A DNA stretch of 64,000 nt from Candidatus Aquitaenariimonas noxiae. Its GTDB lineage: Bacteria; Omnitrophota; Gorgyraeia; Aquitaenariimonadales; Aquitaenariimonadaceae. The notes beneath the pieces were generated by a model. The model saw only the letters and a program-made list of their open reading frames with translations, did no database searches and was not told the DNA's origin. Below are positions 19,534-29,019 of the stretch, piece by piece. How positions within the stretch are numbered: the first letter of the stretch is position 1; each line of letters opens with the position of its first letter. The position numbers and the translations under genes are program-made. The stretch spans positions 14,133 through 78,132 of the forward strand of contig PEWV01000075.1 in the NCBI GenBank assembly GCA_002780005.1, written 5' to 3'.

Positions 19534-20004
19534 TTACGCTCCGCTTGGCAATCTATTTATATGGCACCAGTAGAAACTAAAACCGTCGACAATTTTGGCG
19601 AATTCTTTATAGTCCAGCGGCTTTTGGATAAAACTATTAGCGCCGCTTTTGTAGCTTCTCAATACGTCATTTTCATCCTTGGACGAGGTTAGCATGATTA
19701 TAGGTATAAAATTATACTTAGGGTCTTTTTTAAGCTTTTCTAAAACTCCGAAACCGTCCACCCCAGGCATATTAATATCTAAAATCACAAGGTGCGGCGC
19801 GGGAAACCTATATCTGTCCTGATACTTTCCGCAATTATAAATAAAATCCAGGACTTCCTGGCCGTTTTTAACCACATAAATATTATTTTTAAACTTCGAT
19901 CCGCTAAATGCCCTTAGGGTTATTTTAACATCGGCCTCATTGTCTTCGGCCAGAAGAATATTCATAGGTTTGCTCGTTACTTTTATATCTGAGTTTTTGT
20001 CCAT
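19534..20004 (-). CDS. stand-alone response regulator receiver (Rcp-like)
   Basis: 156 aa; ILLAEDNEAD ... ILDINMPGVDG. Confidence 0.85.
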   Translation of the reverse strand: MDKNSDIKVTSKPMNILLAEDNEADVKITLRAFSGSKFKNNIYVVKNGQEVLDFIYNCGKYQDRYRFPAPHLVILDINMPGVDGFGVLEKLKKDPKYNFIPIIMLTSSKDENDVLRSYKSGANSFIQKPLDYKEFAKIVDGFSFYWCHINRLPSGA

Positions 20005-20018
20005 GATTATTATCTGCT

Positions 20019-22070
20019 CTAAACTTCTATCTTATCTGGCGGAGTGCCTGTTTCTTTTGCCTTTTGTTTTTTAAGCTTCTCCTCGAGCTCCGCTTCGGTG
20101 ATAAGGCCGTCTTCGACAAGTATTTCTCCGATCTTTTTCTTTTCGACCAGGTCTTTCGGTATCGTAAAGTAAAAAGCGGCACCCTTGCCGACTTCCGAGT
20201 CGATCCAAATATTGCCACCATGATCGTCAATTACCTTTTTCACAATGCTCAAACCCGCACCTGTTCCCTCGTACTCATCCGAGGAATGCAGGCGTTTAAA
20301 AAGGCCAAATATCTGCGAGTGGTACTTGGGGTCAATACCTATACCGTTATCTTTGACGTAAAACTTGTGGAATTCGCCGCCATCCAAATACCCGACTTCA
20401 ACTTTAGGATTTTCTTTGTTATTTTTAGATGAAAATTTTATCGCGTTATTTATCAGATTCAAAAATACCTCGCCAAGTTTAATACGGTCGCAATGCACTA
20501 TCGGTATATTTTCATGAATTTTTAAATCTACCTTATTATGGGTGATGTCAAATTTGATGCGCTCCGTAATGGAGCTTATCAGTTCATTTATATCAACATC
20601 TTCGTAAGGGTTTTTAATTCTTGAAACGCGTGAAAGTTTAAGCAAATCTTCGATAAGTCTGTTCATCCTGTCGGCGCCTTTGCGTATCTCATTCAAATAA
20701 TCCTTGCCTTGCTCGTCCAGTTTGCTCTTATAATCCTCCTCCAGAAAACTAGCGAAAGATGAAATACCCCTTAAAGGAGCGCGGAGGTCATGGCTAGCTG
20801 TATACACGAAGGCGTCGAGTTCTTTATTTACCTTTTCTAAAAGTACTTTTTGCTCCTCCACCTTTTCCTTCTCTAATTCGACATTGGCCTTTGCTTGAAC
20901 AAGGGCATCTGTCATCTTATTGAAAGAATTAGCTAATTCTCCGATCTCATCTTTTGTATTTGATTTCACGCGAGCAGAAAAATCGCCTCCGCTTATTACG
21001 CCGGCAACCGCCGTCAAGTCTTTGATCGGTCTTGATACCGAATTTGCTATAATTGCGGCAAGCAACGTAATAAGCGCTAAAAGCGCAAGCCCTATTTTTA
21101 ATAAGGTATTTCTTAGCTCTCTTGCCGAAGTAATGACTTCTTCTGTGTCCATTTTAACAACCATGCCGAGGCGAAAAGAAGGTATATTACGCCATACGCC
21201 CAGGGTTTCTTTACCCATGCAATCAATAGTGGTACCAGAGCCTTCTTCTCCCTGGACGGCTTTTTGTATGCCTAAACCCTCTTTAGATCCAATAGTAATT
21301 TTTCTTGTGAAAGCGGCATTAGGATCGAACCGTGTAGGCGCGATGAATACAGCATCATTGCCGATCTTTGAAGCGATTATCGTTTCCCCTGTTTTACCCA
21401 AACCCGCATAGTCCTTTACAAGCTCGCAAATGCCATCGTTATTCATCTGCAATATAACAACTCCGACAAGGTCTGCGCCCCTAAAGACAGGGGCAGCAAT
21501 AAAAGCCGACGCCTTTTGCGTTTGGGGGTTATATTCAAAATCGGATATTTCCGTCTTTGAGCTCTCTTTGGCCCTCATGAATACTTTTGCCAGTTCAGAA
21601 TTTTTATTAAACAATACTATCTCATAAAGCGATTTCTGTTCTTCTTTTTTCTTTACGGAGAAAATAGCTTCGCCGTTAGGACGGATAAGAACGAGGTCTT
21701 CATAGCCATATGCCTTTTGATAGTACGCCAGAAACGGCCTGAATTCCTGGTCAACGGCTGTATATTCCGGGGAATTCATTCCTCCGGCGTAAAATGCTTT
21801 ATCAAATTTCTCTATAGCTATCACTATATCCGACATATAAGATAGCGTGGTTACATTTTTCTCTTTTTCATGCAGGTATGATTCAACCCGATTGGCCTTA
21901 TCGTCGGCAACAGCCAGAAGGCTATTAGCCACTTCTTTTTCAAGTACCTTTTTAGAAGTGCTATAGCTTATATAAGTAGCTATAATTAATGGTACTAATG
22001 CGATAAATAAAAACCACAGGATGAACTTGGCGGTTATCCTAAGATTATTAAAATATGCTAATTGGCGCAT
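20019..22070 (-). CDS. sensor histidine kinase (dCache-like periplasmic domain, HAMP, HisKA, HATPase_c) with C-terminal 24-aa MshEN-type motif
   Basis: Two TMs flank a roughly 280-aa extracytoplasmic domain; H-box SHDLRAPL. Tail KIGEILVEDGLITEAELEEKLKKQ matches RLGxxLLxxGLIxxxxLxxxLxxQ at all conserved positions. Confidence 0.8.
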   Translation of the reverse strand: MRQLAYFNNLRITAKFILWFLFIALVPLIIATYISYSTSKKVLEKEVANSLLAVADDKANRVESYLHEKEKNVTTLSYMSDIVIAIEKFDKAFYAGGMNSPEYTAVDQEFRPFLAYYQKAYGYEDLVLIRPNGEAIFSVKKKEEQKSLYEIVLFNKNSELAKVFMRAKESSKTEISDFEYNPQTQKASAFIAAPVFRGADLVGVVILQMNNDGICELVKDYAGLGKTGETIIASKIGNDAVFIAPTRFDPNAAFTRKITIGSKEGLGIQKAVQGEEGSGTTIDCMGKETLGVWRNIPSFRLGMVVKMDTEEVITSARELRNTLLKIGLALLALITLLAAIIANSVSRPIKDLTAVAGVISGGDFSARVKSNTKDEIGELANSFNKMTDALVQAKANVELEKEKVEEQKVLLEKVNKELDAFVYTASHDLRAPLRGISSFASFLEEDYKSKLDEQGKDYLNEIRKGADRMNRLIEDLLKLSRVSRIKNPYEDVDINELISSITERIKFDITHNKVDLKIHENIPIVHCDRIKLGEVFLNLINNAIKFSSKNNKENPKVEVGYLDGGEFHKFYVKDNGIGIDPKYHSQIFGLFKRLHSSDEYEGTGAGLSIVKKVIDDHGGNIWIDSEVGKGAAFYFTIPKDLVEKKKIGEILVEDGLITEAELEEKLKKQKAKETGTPPDKIEV

Positions 22071-22120
22071 GTCGTACCCTTTAAATTAAATAAAAAACCC
22101 AGGTGCCTATGTCCCGGGTG

Positions 22121-22312
22121 TTAATTATTTTGTGTATTACCGTTCACATGGCTGCTTCTAAACCATTCGTCAATTTCAGTCTTTTTAAATCTCCATAAAT
22201 GCCCAACCTTCGAAGCTGGGATCTTTCTGTTTTTGGCAAGACGATACACCGTCATTATGTCGACCTTTAGGTAGCTTGCCAACTCTTCTGCGGTAAGAAA
22301 ATCTGAAACCAA
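22121..22312 (-). CDS. small helix-turn-helix (excisionase/MerR-type) DNA-binding protein
   Basis: 63 aa; LTAEELASYLKVDIMTVYRLAKNRKIPASKVGHLWRFKKTEIDEW; TTG start with AGGAG SD. Confidence 0.6.
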   Translation of the reverse strand: MVSDFLTAEELASYLKVDIMTVYRLAKNRKIPASKVGHLWRFKKTEIDEWFRSSHVNGNTQNN

Positions 22313-22475
22313 CCTGCAACTCCTTTATATGCGGTATTATACGCTAATAATATGCAACTTACTTTATTTAACAGAAGTTTACATTAGTTTCTGCTATTTG
22401 TCAAGTTAGGAGTTTAAAAAAGTTAACCTTTTCTAAGCGGATTTTCTATTGGTCAAAAAATCTTGTAATGGCGCG

Positions 22476-23522
22476 TTATACTTTATTAATTATATGGATC
22501 ATGTCGCAAAGTCGGCCAAATTTGGATTTATTGAATTTCATGATAAGCCTGGGAAGGTAGGGGTATTCGTTTCTTTTAAGCTCTTCTTCCAGAGGGCCGG
22601 AATTCTTTATATAGCCGCGTATCAGAATATCGCTAAAGTCTTTTTTTATTTTCCGCAGCAGCCATTTGGGTAACGGGTGCTTTAATCTCATCACTGTAAG
22701 ACCTCTTACATAACGGATCGAATGATAGACCCTATAAAAATTTTCTACGTAGTCTGCCGCCTCTTTAACATCATTAATGTAAGTAAAAAGCTTCAGATCA
22801 TCCTCGGATATGTAGCCTCTCTTTAATAACTGCCCTTTAATAAAGCTCATCCAGCTCTTCCAGTAAATTCCGCCCTTTGGTTCCATAAGCACAATAGGCC
22901 TGGGGCGGCATTTGCCTGTCTGGATAAGCGTTAGATTTTCAAAACCTTCGTCATGCGTTCCGAATCCGCCAGGAAAAAGGACGGTTGCGTCAGATTCTTT
23001 TATAAAAATGAGTTTTCGCGTAAAGAAATGTTTAAAGCCAATAAGATAAGGACTATTTTTTATGAACTTATTTTCTCTCTGCTCGAACGGAAGCCGGATA
23101 TTTACCCCAAAACTTTTTCCTGGCCCTGCACCTTTGTTTGCCGCCTCCATTATCCCTGGGCCCGCTCCGGTGATAACCATGAACTTGCGTTTAACGATCT
23201 CTCTGGAAAAATTTTCGGCAAGCTTATAGTCCGGGCTCTCTTTTTTAGTCTTTGCCGAACCAAAGACTATTACTTTTCTAACATCGCGAAAAGGGGAAAA
23301 TACCCTGAAGGCGTATCTTAATTCTTTCAAGGATAAATTTATTAGCTTCAGATCACCGTTATCCCCGCCCTCCCTGCCGAGCTTGATAGCGGTTGTTATG
23401 ATTTCCCTCAACAGTTGGGCAGCTTCTCCGGACCCGTAGCCATTTGCAAGTTGAGTTATAATTCTGTCGATCTTTTCATCGCCGACTATATACGGTCTTC
23501 TCGTTTTAGTTTTTGACTTCAT
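22476..23522 (-). CDS. LOG-family (TIGR00730) protein, long PpnN-like form (putative nucleotide 5'-monophosphate nucleosidase)
   Basis: Core KVIVFGSA...ITGAGPGIMEAANKGA...PGGFGTHDE with N- and C-terminal extensions. Confidence 0.65.
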   Translation of the reverse strand: MKSKTKTRRPYIVGDEKIDRIITQLANGYGSGEAAQLLREIITTAIKLGREGGDNGDLKLINLSLKELRYAFRVFSPFRDVRKVIVFGSAKTKKESPDYKLAENFSREIVKRKFMVITGAGPGIMEAANKGAGPGKSFGVNIRLPFEQRENKFIKNSPYLIGFKHFFTRKLIFIKESDATVLFPGGFGTHDEGFENLTLIQTGKCRPRPIVLMEPKGGIYWKSWMSFIKGQLLKRGYISEDDLKLFTYINDVKEAADYVENFYRVYHSIRYVRGLTVMRLKHPLPKWLLRKIKKDFSDILIRGYIKNSGPLEEELKRNEYPYLPRLIMKFNKSKFGRLCDMIHIINKV

Positions 23523-23817
23523 TTTTTAACCACTCAAAAAAAATTTTATTCGGCTCTGTGTAAAACTTTAAAATACACGGAACCTTGTAAGGATGGACAC
23601 GTTCTACTTCTTTTTTCACCTTTTTAAAATTAGTTAAAGTCGTTTTCGCGATCAGAACGAATTCGTCTTCATCCGCTATTTTCCCTTCCCACCAGTATAC
23701 ACTATTTATCGGAAAAATGTTGGCGCACGCTATTAATTTTCGTTTGAGCAAGCGCCGCGCTATTTCCTTTGCGACCTTTTTCGTAGGATTTGTTATGTAG
23801 ATAAACTCAATTTTCAT
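23506..23817 (-). CDS. cutA: divalent-cation tolerance protein CutA
   Basis: 103 aa; ferredoxin-like CutA1 pattern (IACANIFP...SVYWWEGKI). Confidence 0.8.
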   Translation of the reverse strand: MKIEFIYITNPTKKVAKEIARRLLKRKLIACANIFPINSVYWWEGKIADEDEFVLIAKTTLTNFKKVKKEVERVHPYKVPCILKFYTEPNKIFFEWLKNEVKN

Positions 23818-23819
23818 CC

Positions 23820-24035
23820 TTATTTTTCAAATACCTCAACTGTCTTGTTCGGGCGCTTCCCGCCTGATACGATAATGACCCTAGATGAAAAATATTTCGA
23901 AACGAGTTTTATGCATGCCTTATTTGCCAATCCCCTGGAGGCGGGTTCCTTTACTTTTACTATCAAGGGCCTACCCTGAACGATCTCTTCTTTTTTTGAA
24001 TCCGGTACAACCCTTATTTTTAAAAGCCTGCCCAT
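23820..24035 (-). CDS. DUF167/YggU family protein
   Basis: 71 aa; LKIRVVP...EPASRGLANKA...VSG pattern. Confidence 0.55.
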   Translation of the reverse strand: MGRLLKIRVVPDSKKEEIVQGRPLIVKVKEPASRGLANKACIKLVSKYFSSRVIIVSGGKRPNKTVEVFEK

Positions 24036-24038
24036 TTT

Positions 24039-25439
24039 TTAGCTCTTAAGAAAAACTATATCGTTCTTAGCCGGAACCTGTACTTTTATATCCAGCTTCT
24101 TGATGTTCTTCCTTAAAATATTCGATTGCTCTTCCTCGCCGTGCACTATAAAAACCTGCTTTAATCTGTCGCCGCAACTTTTAACGTAATCTACCAATCC
24201 GTTCGCATCGGCATGCGAGCTAAAAGAATTTATAGCGACTACATTTGCCTGCACTTCATGCTGCTGCCCGAATATTTTTATCTTTTTCACTTTTTCAACC
24301 AGACGCCTCCCCAGCGTGTCTTTCGCCATGAACCCGACTATGAGGATAGTATTATTCGGGTTTTCGATATTATTCCTAAGATGGTGCAGAATGCGGCCGT
24401 TTTCACACATCCCTGACGCAGATATGATTATCATCGGCTTTGTTTCAGTATTCAACTTTTTTGAATCTTCCACATCTGTTATATAAGTGATATTATCGCA
24501 CCCGAACGGGTCTTCGCCGGTTAAAAAAATCTTTCTTGTCACATCGTCAAAGTATTCCCAATTTTCCCTGAACACCTTTGTAATATTAACGGCTAGAGGG
24601 CTGTCAACGAATATCGGGATTTTTTTGATCTTTTTCTTTCTCATCAGCTCGCTTATGCAAAATATGACCAGCTGAGTTCTTTCAAGGGCAAATGAGGGAA
24701 TAATTATTTTCCCTCTGCGCTTTATTGTCTCGTTTATAACGGTAGCTAATTCTTTTTCTGCTTTTTCCATGCTTCCATGCGTTCTGCCGCCATAAGTGCT
24801 CTCAATGATCAGATAATCTATATCTTTAGGCACTTCGGGGTCCCTTAAGAGCGGTATGTCATACCTGCCGAGATCTACAGCGTAGGCTATCCTCATACTG
24901 CCCTTCGATGTTTTTAAGTCAAGGATCGGTATTGCGGAACCAAGAATATGCCCCGGGTCAAAAAAGGTCAAATCGACGTCATCGCTAAGAGAAAATCTTT
25001 TATGGTACTCAACGGTCCTAAAATATTTGAGGCATACCTCAGCTTCGTCTTTGGTGTAAAGAGGAAAACGGGGCGGTAATCCTTTACGTTTGTTTATCTT
25101 ATTTACATACTTTATATCTTCCTCTTGAATGTGCCCGCTATCAGGCAGCATATACCGGCATAGGTCCCGCGTAACGGATGTAGAATATATCTTTGCCCTA
25201 TACCCTTTTTTTATCAGGGTGGGGAGGTTTCCGCAATGGTCTATGTGGGCGTGGGAAAGAACGCAGGCGTCCAGATTTTGCGGGTCAAACGAGAAATTTG
25301 AATTGACAGCATAAAATTCGTCCCTGTGGCCTTGAAAAAGCCCGCAGTCCAGCAGTATATTAGCTTTGTTGGTAGATACTAGGTGCATCGAACCCGTAAC
25401 GGTTCTGGCCCCTCCGCAAAATTTGATTGTTACTGTCAA
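24039..25439 (-). CDS. MBL-fold beta-CASP ribonuclease (RNA-metabolising metallo-beta-lactamase)
   Basis: HAHIDHCG motif and beta-CASP region; 466 aa. Confidence 0.75.
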   Translation of the reverse strand: MTVTIKFCGGARTVTGSMHLVSTNKANILLDCGLFQGHRDEFYAVNSNFSFDPQNLDACVLSHAHIDHCGNLPTLIKKGYRAKIYSTSVTRDLCRYMLPDSGHIQEEDIKYVNKINKRKGLPPRFPLYTKDEAEVCLKYFRTVEYHKRFSLSDDVDLTFFDPGHILGSAIPILDLKTSKGSMRIAYAVDLGRYDIPLLRDPEVPKDIDYLIIESTYGGRTHGSMEKAEKELATVINETIKRRGKIIIPSFALERTQLVIFCISELMRKKKIKKIPIFVDSPLAVNITKVFRENWEYFDDVTRKIFLTGEDPFGCDNITYITDVEDSKKLNTETKPMIIISASGMCENGRILHHLRNNIENPNNTILIVGFMAKDTLGRRLVEKVKKIKIFGQQHEVQANVVAINSFSSHADANGLVDYVKSCGDRLKQVFIVHGEEEQSNILRKNIKKLDIKVQVPAKNDIVFLKS

Positions 25440-25532
25440 AACTTTCCTCCTGTCTAAAAATATATTGTTCTAGATTATACTACTAGAAGAAGAAAAATAA
25501 AATAAATTTCACCTGCTATATAAATTCGATAC

Positions 25533-26216
25533 TTACTTAAAAATAAAGCCTGTCTGGTTAGACCAGAATAAAAGATCGAGTTCTTCGACCGGAATATTTA
25601 AAGAATCGGAGAATTTTCGCATTTTGCTTTCGATTTCGAGATAGGTTTTTTTCGTTATGGCGCGCGGTATTTCTTTTATAACTTTATATCGCTTTAAATT
25701 CTTCAATATATGTACGTCCAGTATGGACATATTTCTGCCAAGGCCTATATTCCTCAAAAAATGGCTCGCTTCTTTATATCCGAGGCCCTTTACGTTCTTA
25801 ACAAGCCATTCCCTAACTCTAAAAGTATCATTTATATCTAATATTTTCTTTATCTCTATCCTTTTCCCGTGTTTGAAAATATTACGCGCGCCTATCAGGT
25901 AACCTGTCTTATTATTAGGGAACCTGACTTTTTGCAGCTTAGACCTCACGGCGCGCTTGCCGCCATTAAAAAGCAGTCTTGATCTTTTCAGTTCTTTAAT
26001 AGCCTGGCCGCAATAAACTGCTTTTGATTGAGGGGTCAATAAACAAAAACATAGTTCTGAAAAAACATTTTCATCGTCGGATTTGTGAATATTTTCAAAC
26101 TCTTTTAGCCTTTGTTTTATGTGATGCTTTTTATCCTTGTAAACCTTGATCAGGTCTTTCGCCCCGTTAGAAATACAAATTTCTTTACAATTATTATAAT
26201 TATAGCGTTCTGCCAT
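25533..26216 (-). CDS. N-glycosylase/DNA lyase (Ogg2-type 8-oxoguanine DNA glycosylase, HhH-GPD)
   Basis: 227 aa; GYKEASHFLRNIGLG...ILDVHIL HhH region. Start overlaps trxB stop (TAATG). Confidence 0.5.
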   Translation of the reverse strand: MAERYNYNNCKEICISNGAKDLIKVYKDKKHHIKQRLKEFENIHKSDDENVFSELCFCLLTPQSKAVYCGQAIKELKRSRLLFNGGKRAVRSKLQKVRFPNNKTGYLIGARNIFKHGKRIEIKKILDINDTFRVREWLVKNVKGLGYKEASHFLRNIGLGRNMSILDVHILKNLKRYKVIKEIPRAITKKTYLEIESKMRKFSDSLNIPVEELDLLFWSNQTGFIFK

Positions 26217-27145
26217 TATCTACTCTGATTTAAGTATCTAAATGCCGAAAGAGCGGCCTTCGACCCTTCTCCGGCTGCTATTACAATTTGTTTTTCGGGC
26301 ACGTTTGTGACGTCGCCTGCGGCGAATATACCAGGCACATTAGTGCTGTTATGGCAATCTACTTTAATTTCACCCAACTCGTTCCTATCCACTTCCTTTG
26401 CAAATCCTGAATTTGGTATAAGGCCGATTTCCACAAAAATACCCTGGACAGGCAGGGTTTCTTCTTTCCCTTCTCTTTTTACCCTTATGCTCCTAACCGC
26501 CTTATCGCCGGTTATGGCCGTAACCTCGGCGCTGTTCAAAATAGTTACCTTATCGCTTTCTCTTATCTTTTCCTGCATTATCGGATCACCTGTGATGTTG
26601 GGCGTGATATTAATAAGGTATAAGCGCTTGGCTATTTTGATCAATTGAAGGGCGGCATCTAGGGCAGAATTCCCGCCGCCTATGATCGCCACATCCTTAC
26701 CTGAAAATAACGGACCGTCGCATGTAGCGCAGTAGGTAACGCCTCTATTTTTAAATTCTTTCTCTCCCGGAACGCCCAATTCTTTTGATTTTTTGCCTGA
26801 TGCTATAACTAAAGTCTTTGCCTCGTAGAGGCCCCTATTGGTTTTAACCGAAATAATATTATCTTTCCTTTTAACTTCTATAGCTTCTTCGCCTTCCCTT
26901 ACATTGTTTCCATATTTTTTCATATGCTCTTCAAATTTACTAGCCAGTTCCGGGCCTGTTATAAACTGATACCCTGTATAATTTTCTATATCCCCGCTCC
27001 ATGCCGCCTGGCCGCCTATATCCTTCGTGACAACTAAAAAAATTATTCTTTTACGGGCCGCGTATACGCTGGCAGTTATGCCGGCAGGGCCGGCGCCTAT
27101 TATTATAAGATCGTATATGTTTGACATGTTATGATAAAATTCCAA
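26216..27145 (-). CDS. trxB: thioredoxin-disulfide reductase
   Basis: IIGAGPAGITASVYAARK FAD motif; CATCDG redox centre; second GGGNSALD NADPH motif. Confidence 0.9.
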   Translation of the reverse strand: MEFYHNMSNIYDLIIIGAGPAGITASVYAARKRIIFLVVTKDIGGQAAWSGDIENYTGYQFITGPELASKFEEHMKKYGNNVREGEEAIEVKRKDNIISVKTNRGLYEAKTLVIASGKKSKELGVPGEKEFKNRGVTYCATCDGPLFSGKDVAIIGGGNSALDAALQLIKIAKRLYLINITPNITGDPIMQEKIRESDKVTILNSAEVTAITGDKAVRSIRVKREGKEETLPVQGIFVEIGLIPNSGFAKEVDRNELGEIKVDCHNSTNVPGIFAAGDVTNVPEKQIVIAAGEGSKAALSAFRYLNQSR

Positions 27146-27149
27146 AACA

Positions 27150-27330
27150 CAAATTCCAAATTACAATCTGAATTCGAAATCCGAATATCGAATATCGAAA
27201 CAATATCAAATGACAAAAATTCAAATGATCAAAACTATTGTTTTGGTAATTTGAACATTCTAGTTTCGAATTTGTTTCGGATTTCGTGCTTCGAATTTCG
27301 TATTTTATAACTTTGGTCATTGTTTATTGT
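27150..27330. promoter_or_regulatory. long AT-rich imperfect palindrome with TTCGAA-containing 10-bp-phased repeats, centred on CAAAAC-TATT-GTTTTG (27230-27245)
   Basis: Arms GAATTCGAAATCCGAATATCGAATATCGAAACAA and TTTCGAATTTGTTTCGGATTTCGTGCTTCGAATT are near reverse complements. Lies between the grx stop and trxB start. Confidence 0.5.
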
Positions 27331-27347
27331 ATATTGTAATTTTTTCA

Positions 27348-27587
27348 CTATATTCCCAACGCTTTCCTTATACTTTCTTTATCAAAGCCTACTATGATTT
27401 TACCGTCTATAATCAAAACAGGGACACCCATCTGGCCCGAAACATCTATCATCTCTTGGCCCTTTTCCGGGTTCAGGGATACGTCTATATCCTCAAATTC
27501 TACATTGTTGTCCTTTAAAAACTGTTTTGCTCTGATGCAGTAGGGACAGCTTGGAGTGCTATAAACTCTAACTTTTCTATCCATCAA
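27348..27587 (-). CDS. glutaredoxin-like protein
   Basis: 79 aa with CPYC active site. Confidence 0.8.
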   Translation of the reverse strand: MMDRKVRVYSTPSCPYCIRAKQFLKDNNVEFEDIDVSLNPEKGQEMIDVSGQMGVPVLIIDGKIIVGFDKESIRKALGI

Positions 27588-27603
27588 AACCTCCGTCAGT
27601 AAA

Positions 27604-28086
27604 CTAAAAATCCTTTTTTAAATCCAGCAATTGGCGCAAGTGGCATTGTTCCTGTATAATTAAAGCTTCTAGCACTTTGTGCTCATCCTCCGGCACGGAC
27701 CTCTTTATGCCTTCATAAAAAATAATGGAATCTTTTTCAAATCCTACGCCGGCTTCAATAGCCTCTTTATCGCTTTCCATCTTTTTTGCCATTTCGGCAC
27801 CTTTATTTTTCTTAGTAAAAACATAATCTCCGGCCAATGTATTCATATATGCAGCATATTCGCCGGGATACGATTCGGAAGGTTCATATTTTTCGAGCGA
27901 TTCCAATATTTTCTTAAATACGGCTATATGCTTTTCCTCCTCGCCTGCCAGATACCTAAACACATCGCGAGCCTTTTCGTTTTTCGATCGCTTGGCCAGC
28001 GCATTATAGAAGTCTCCTCCGTTTTTCTCTATCTGGATACCTATTTTGACAACCTCGCTACCGGAAAATAAATTTCCCATACCCAT
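27604..28086 (-). CDS. rubrerythrin-family ferritin-like diiron protein (no rubredoxin domain)
   Basis: Two ExxH motifs (EEEKH, QEQCH) in a four-helix-bundle-like sequence. Confidence 0.55.
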   Translation of the reverse strand: MGMGNLFSGSEVVKIGIQIEKNGGDFYNALAKRSKNEKARDVFRYLAGEEEKHIAVFKKILESLEKYEPSESYPGEYAAYMNTLAGDYVFTKKNKGAEMAKKMESDKEAIEAGVGFEKDSIIFYEGIKRSVPEDEHKVLEALIIQEQCHLRQLLDLKKDF

Positions 28087-28128
28087 AACCCCTCTTTTTC
28101 TCTATAAATCCCGGATGATATTTTAACC

Positions 28129-28248
28129 TTATAACTTTTCCATGGGCTCGCCGCAACAAACAAGCTCGCCGCCGCCTACCTTTGTTACCGTAACCTCGTT
28201 ACCGCAAATATTGCATTTATATTTTTCTCCCACTCTTTCTACTGCCAT
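28129..28248 (-). CDS. dsr: desulforedoxin (39 aa), not in ORF track
   Basis: Own translation [39 protein letters not shown]; GGAGG SD 7 nt upstream. Matches the Desulfovibrio gigas desulforedoxin pattern YKCxxCGxxVxV...GGGxLVCCGExM. Confidence 0.75.
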   Translation of the reverse strand: MAVERVGEKYKCNICGNEVTVTKVGGGELVCCGEPMEKL

Positions 28249-28267
28249 TTTACGCCTCCTTTCAAAA

Positions 28268-29005
28268 TCATTCCATTATAAATTTTGTCAATGCCATAAA
28301 AACAAGGCCCAGAACAAAAGCTACAAAGGCTGCGCCTGATCTCTTAATATTTTTTTGTTTGTGAAGCTCGGGTATTAAATCGGACGCGGCGATATATATA
28401 AAACCCCCTGCTGTGAAAGAAATAAGAAATAGAGAGGTATCTTTCATCAAGCTCGAGACGATGTAGCCTATTATGGCTCCCAATATCGCTGTCAATGAGC
28501 ATATGAAGTTGCATAAAAGCGCTTTGCGCTTACTGAAACCGCCATATACTAAAATTCCAAAATCCCCCATTTCCTGGGGAATTTCATGAAAAATAACCGC
28601 AAGCGTCGTTACTACGCCCAATCTCAAATCTGTTACAAAACTGGCCGCTATAACCAGGCCATCGACAAAATTATGCATGCCATCACCGATTAAACTAAGA
28701 TAGGTAAAGGTGTGTATTTCACATTTGCCTTCGTGACAGTGCCGCCAATGAAGATATTTTTCCATCAAGAAAAATATGCTAAAACCTACTATAACATAAC
28801 AGAAGACATGGTTGCTTCCCCCTTCCGCTATAGCCTCAGGCAGAATATGCAGGAACGCGCCACCTATTAAAGCGCCTGCCGCAAATCCTATAAATGAAAA
28901 TACTACTTTATCAAAAATATTTGATTTAATTACAAGGGTAAGCGCCCCTACCAGCGAAATAAGGCTGACGATAAAAGTAGCCAGCAAAATCCATATAAAA
29001 ACCAT
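28268..29005 (-). CDS. ZIP-family zinc/iron transporter (ZupT-like)
   Basis: [13 protein letters not shown] and [13 protein letters not shown] signature motifs; 8 TM. Confidence 0.85.
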   Translation of the reverse strand: MVFIWILLATFIVSLISLVGALTLVIKSNIFDKVVFSFIGFAAGALIGGAFLHILPEAIAEGGSNHVFCYVIVGFSIFFLMEKYLHWRHCHEGKCEIHTFTYLSLIGDGMHNFVDGLVIAASFVTDLRLGVVTTLAVIFHEIPQEMGDFGILVYGGFSKRKALLCNFICSLTAILGAIIGYIVSSLMKDTSLFLISFTAGGFIYIAASDLIPELHKQKNIKRSGAAFVAFVLGLVFMALTKFIME

Positions 29006-29019
29006 TTTAGCTCCTTAAA

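Noticed and set aside
19009-19692. 227-aa plus-strand ORF, and similar long plus-strand ORFs at 47518..48207, 16968..17579, 5850..6419 and 61432..62019
   Set aside because: All lie antisense to well-supported minus-strand genes (response regulators, carB, histidine kinase, PilP/PilO-like, gltB). They have low-complexity composition and no recognisable motifs, so they are shadow ORFs.
22449-22673. 74-aa plus-strand ORF at the end of the LOG-family gene
   Set aside because: Antisense to the conserved LOG/PpnN-like CDS; no SD or motif.
27129-27320. 63-aa minus-strand ORF covering the trxB-grx palindrome
   Set aside because: No SD and low-complexity sequence generated by the phased AT-rich repeats. 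More likely a regulatory or structural DNA or RNA element than a protein.
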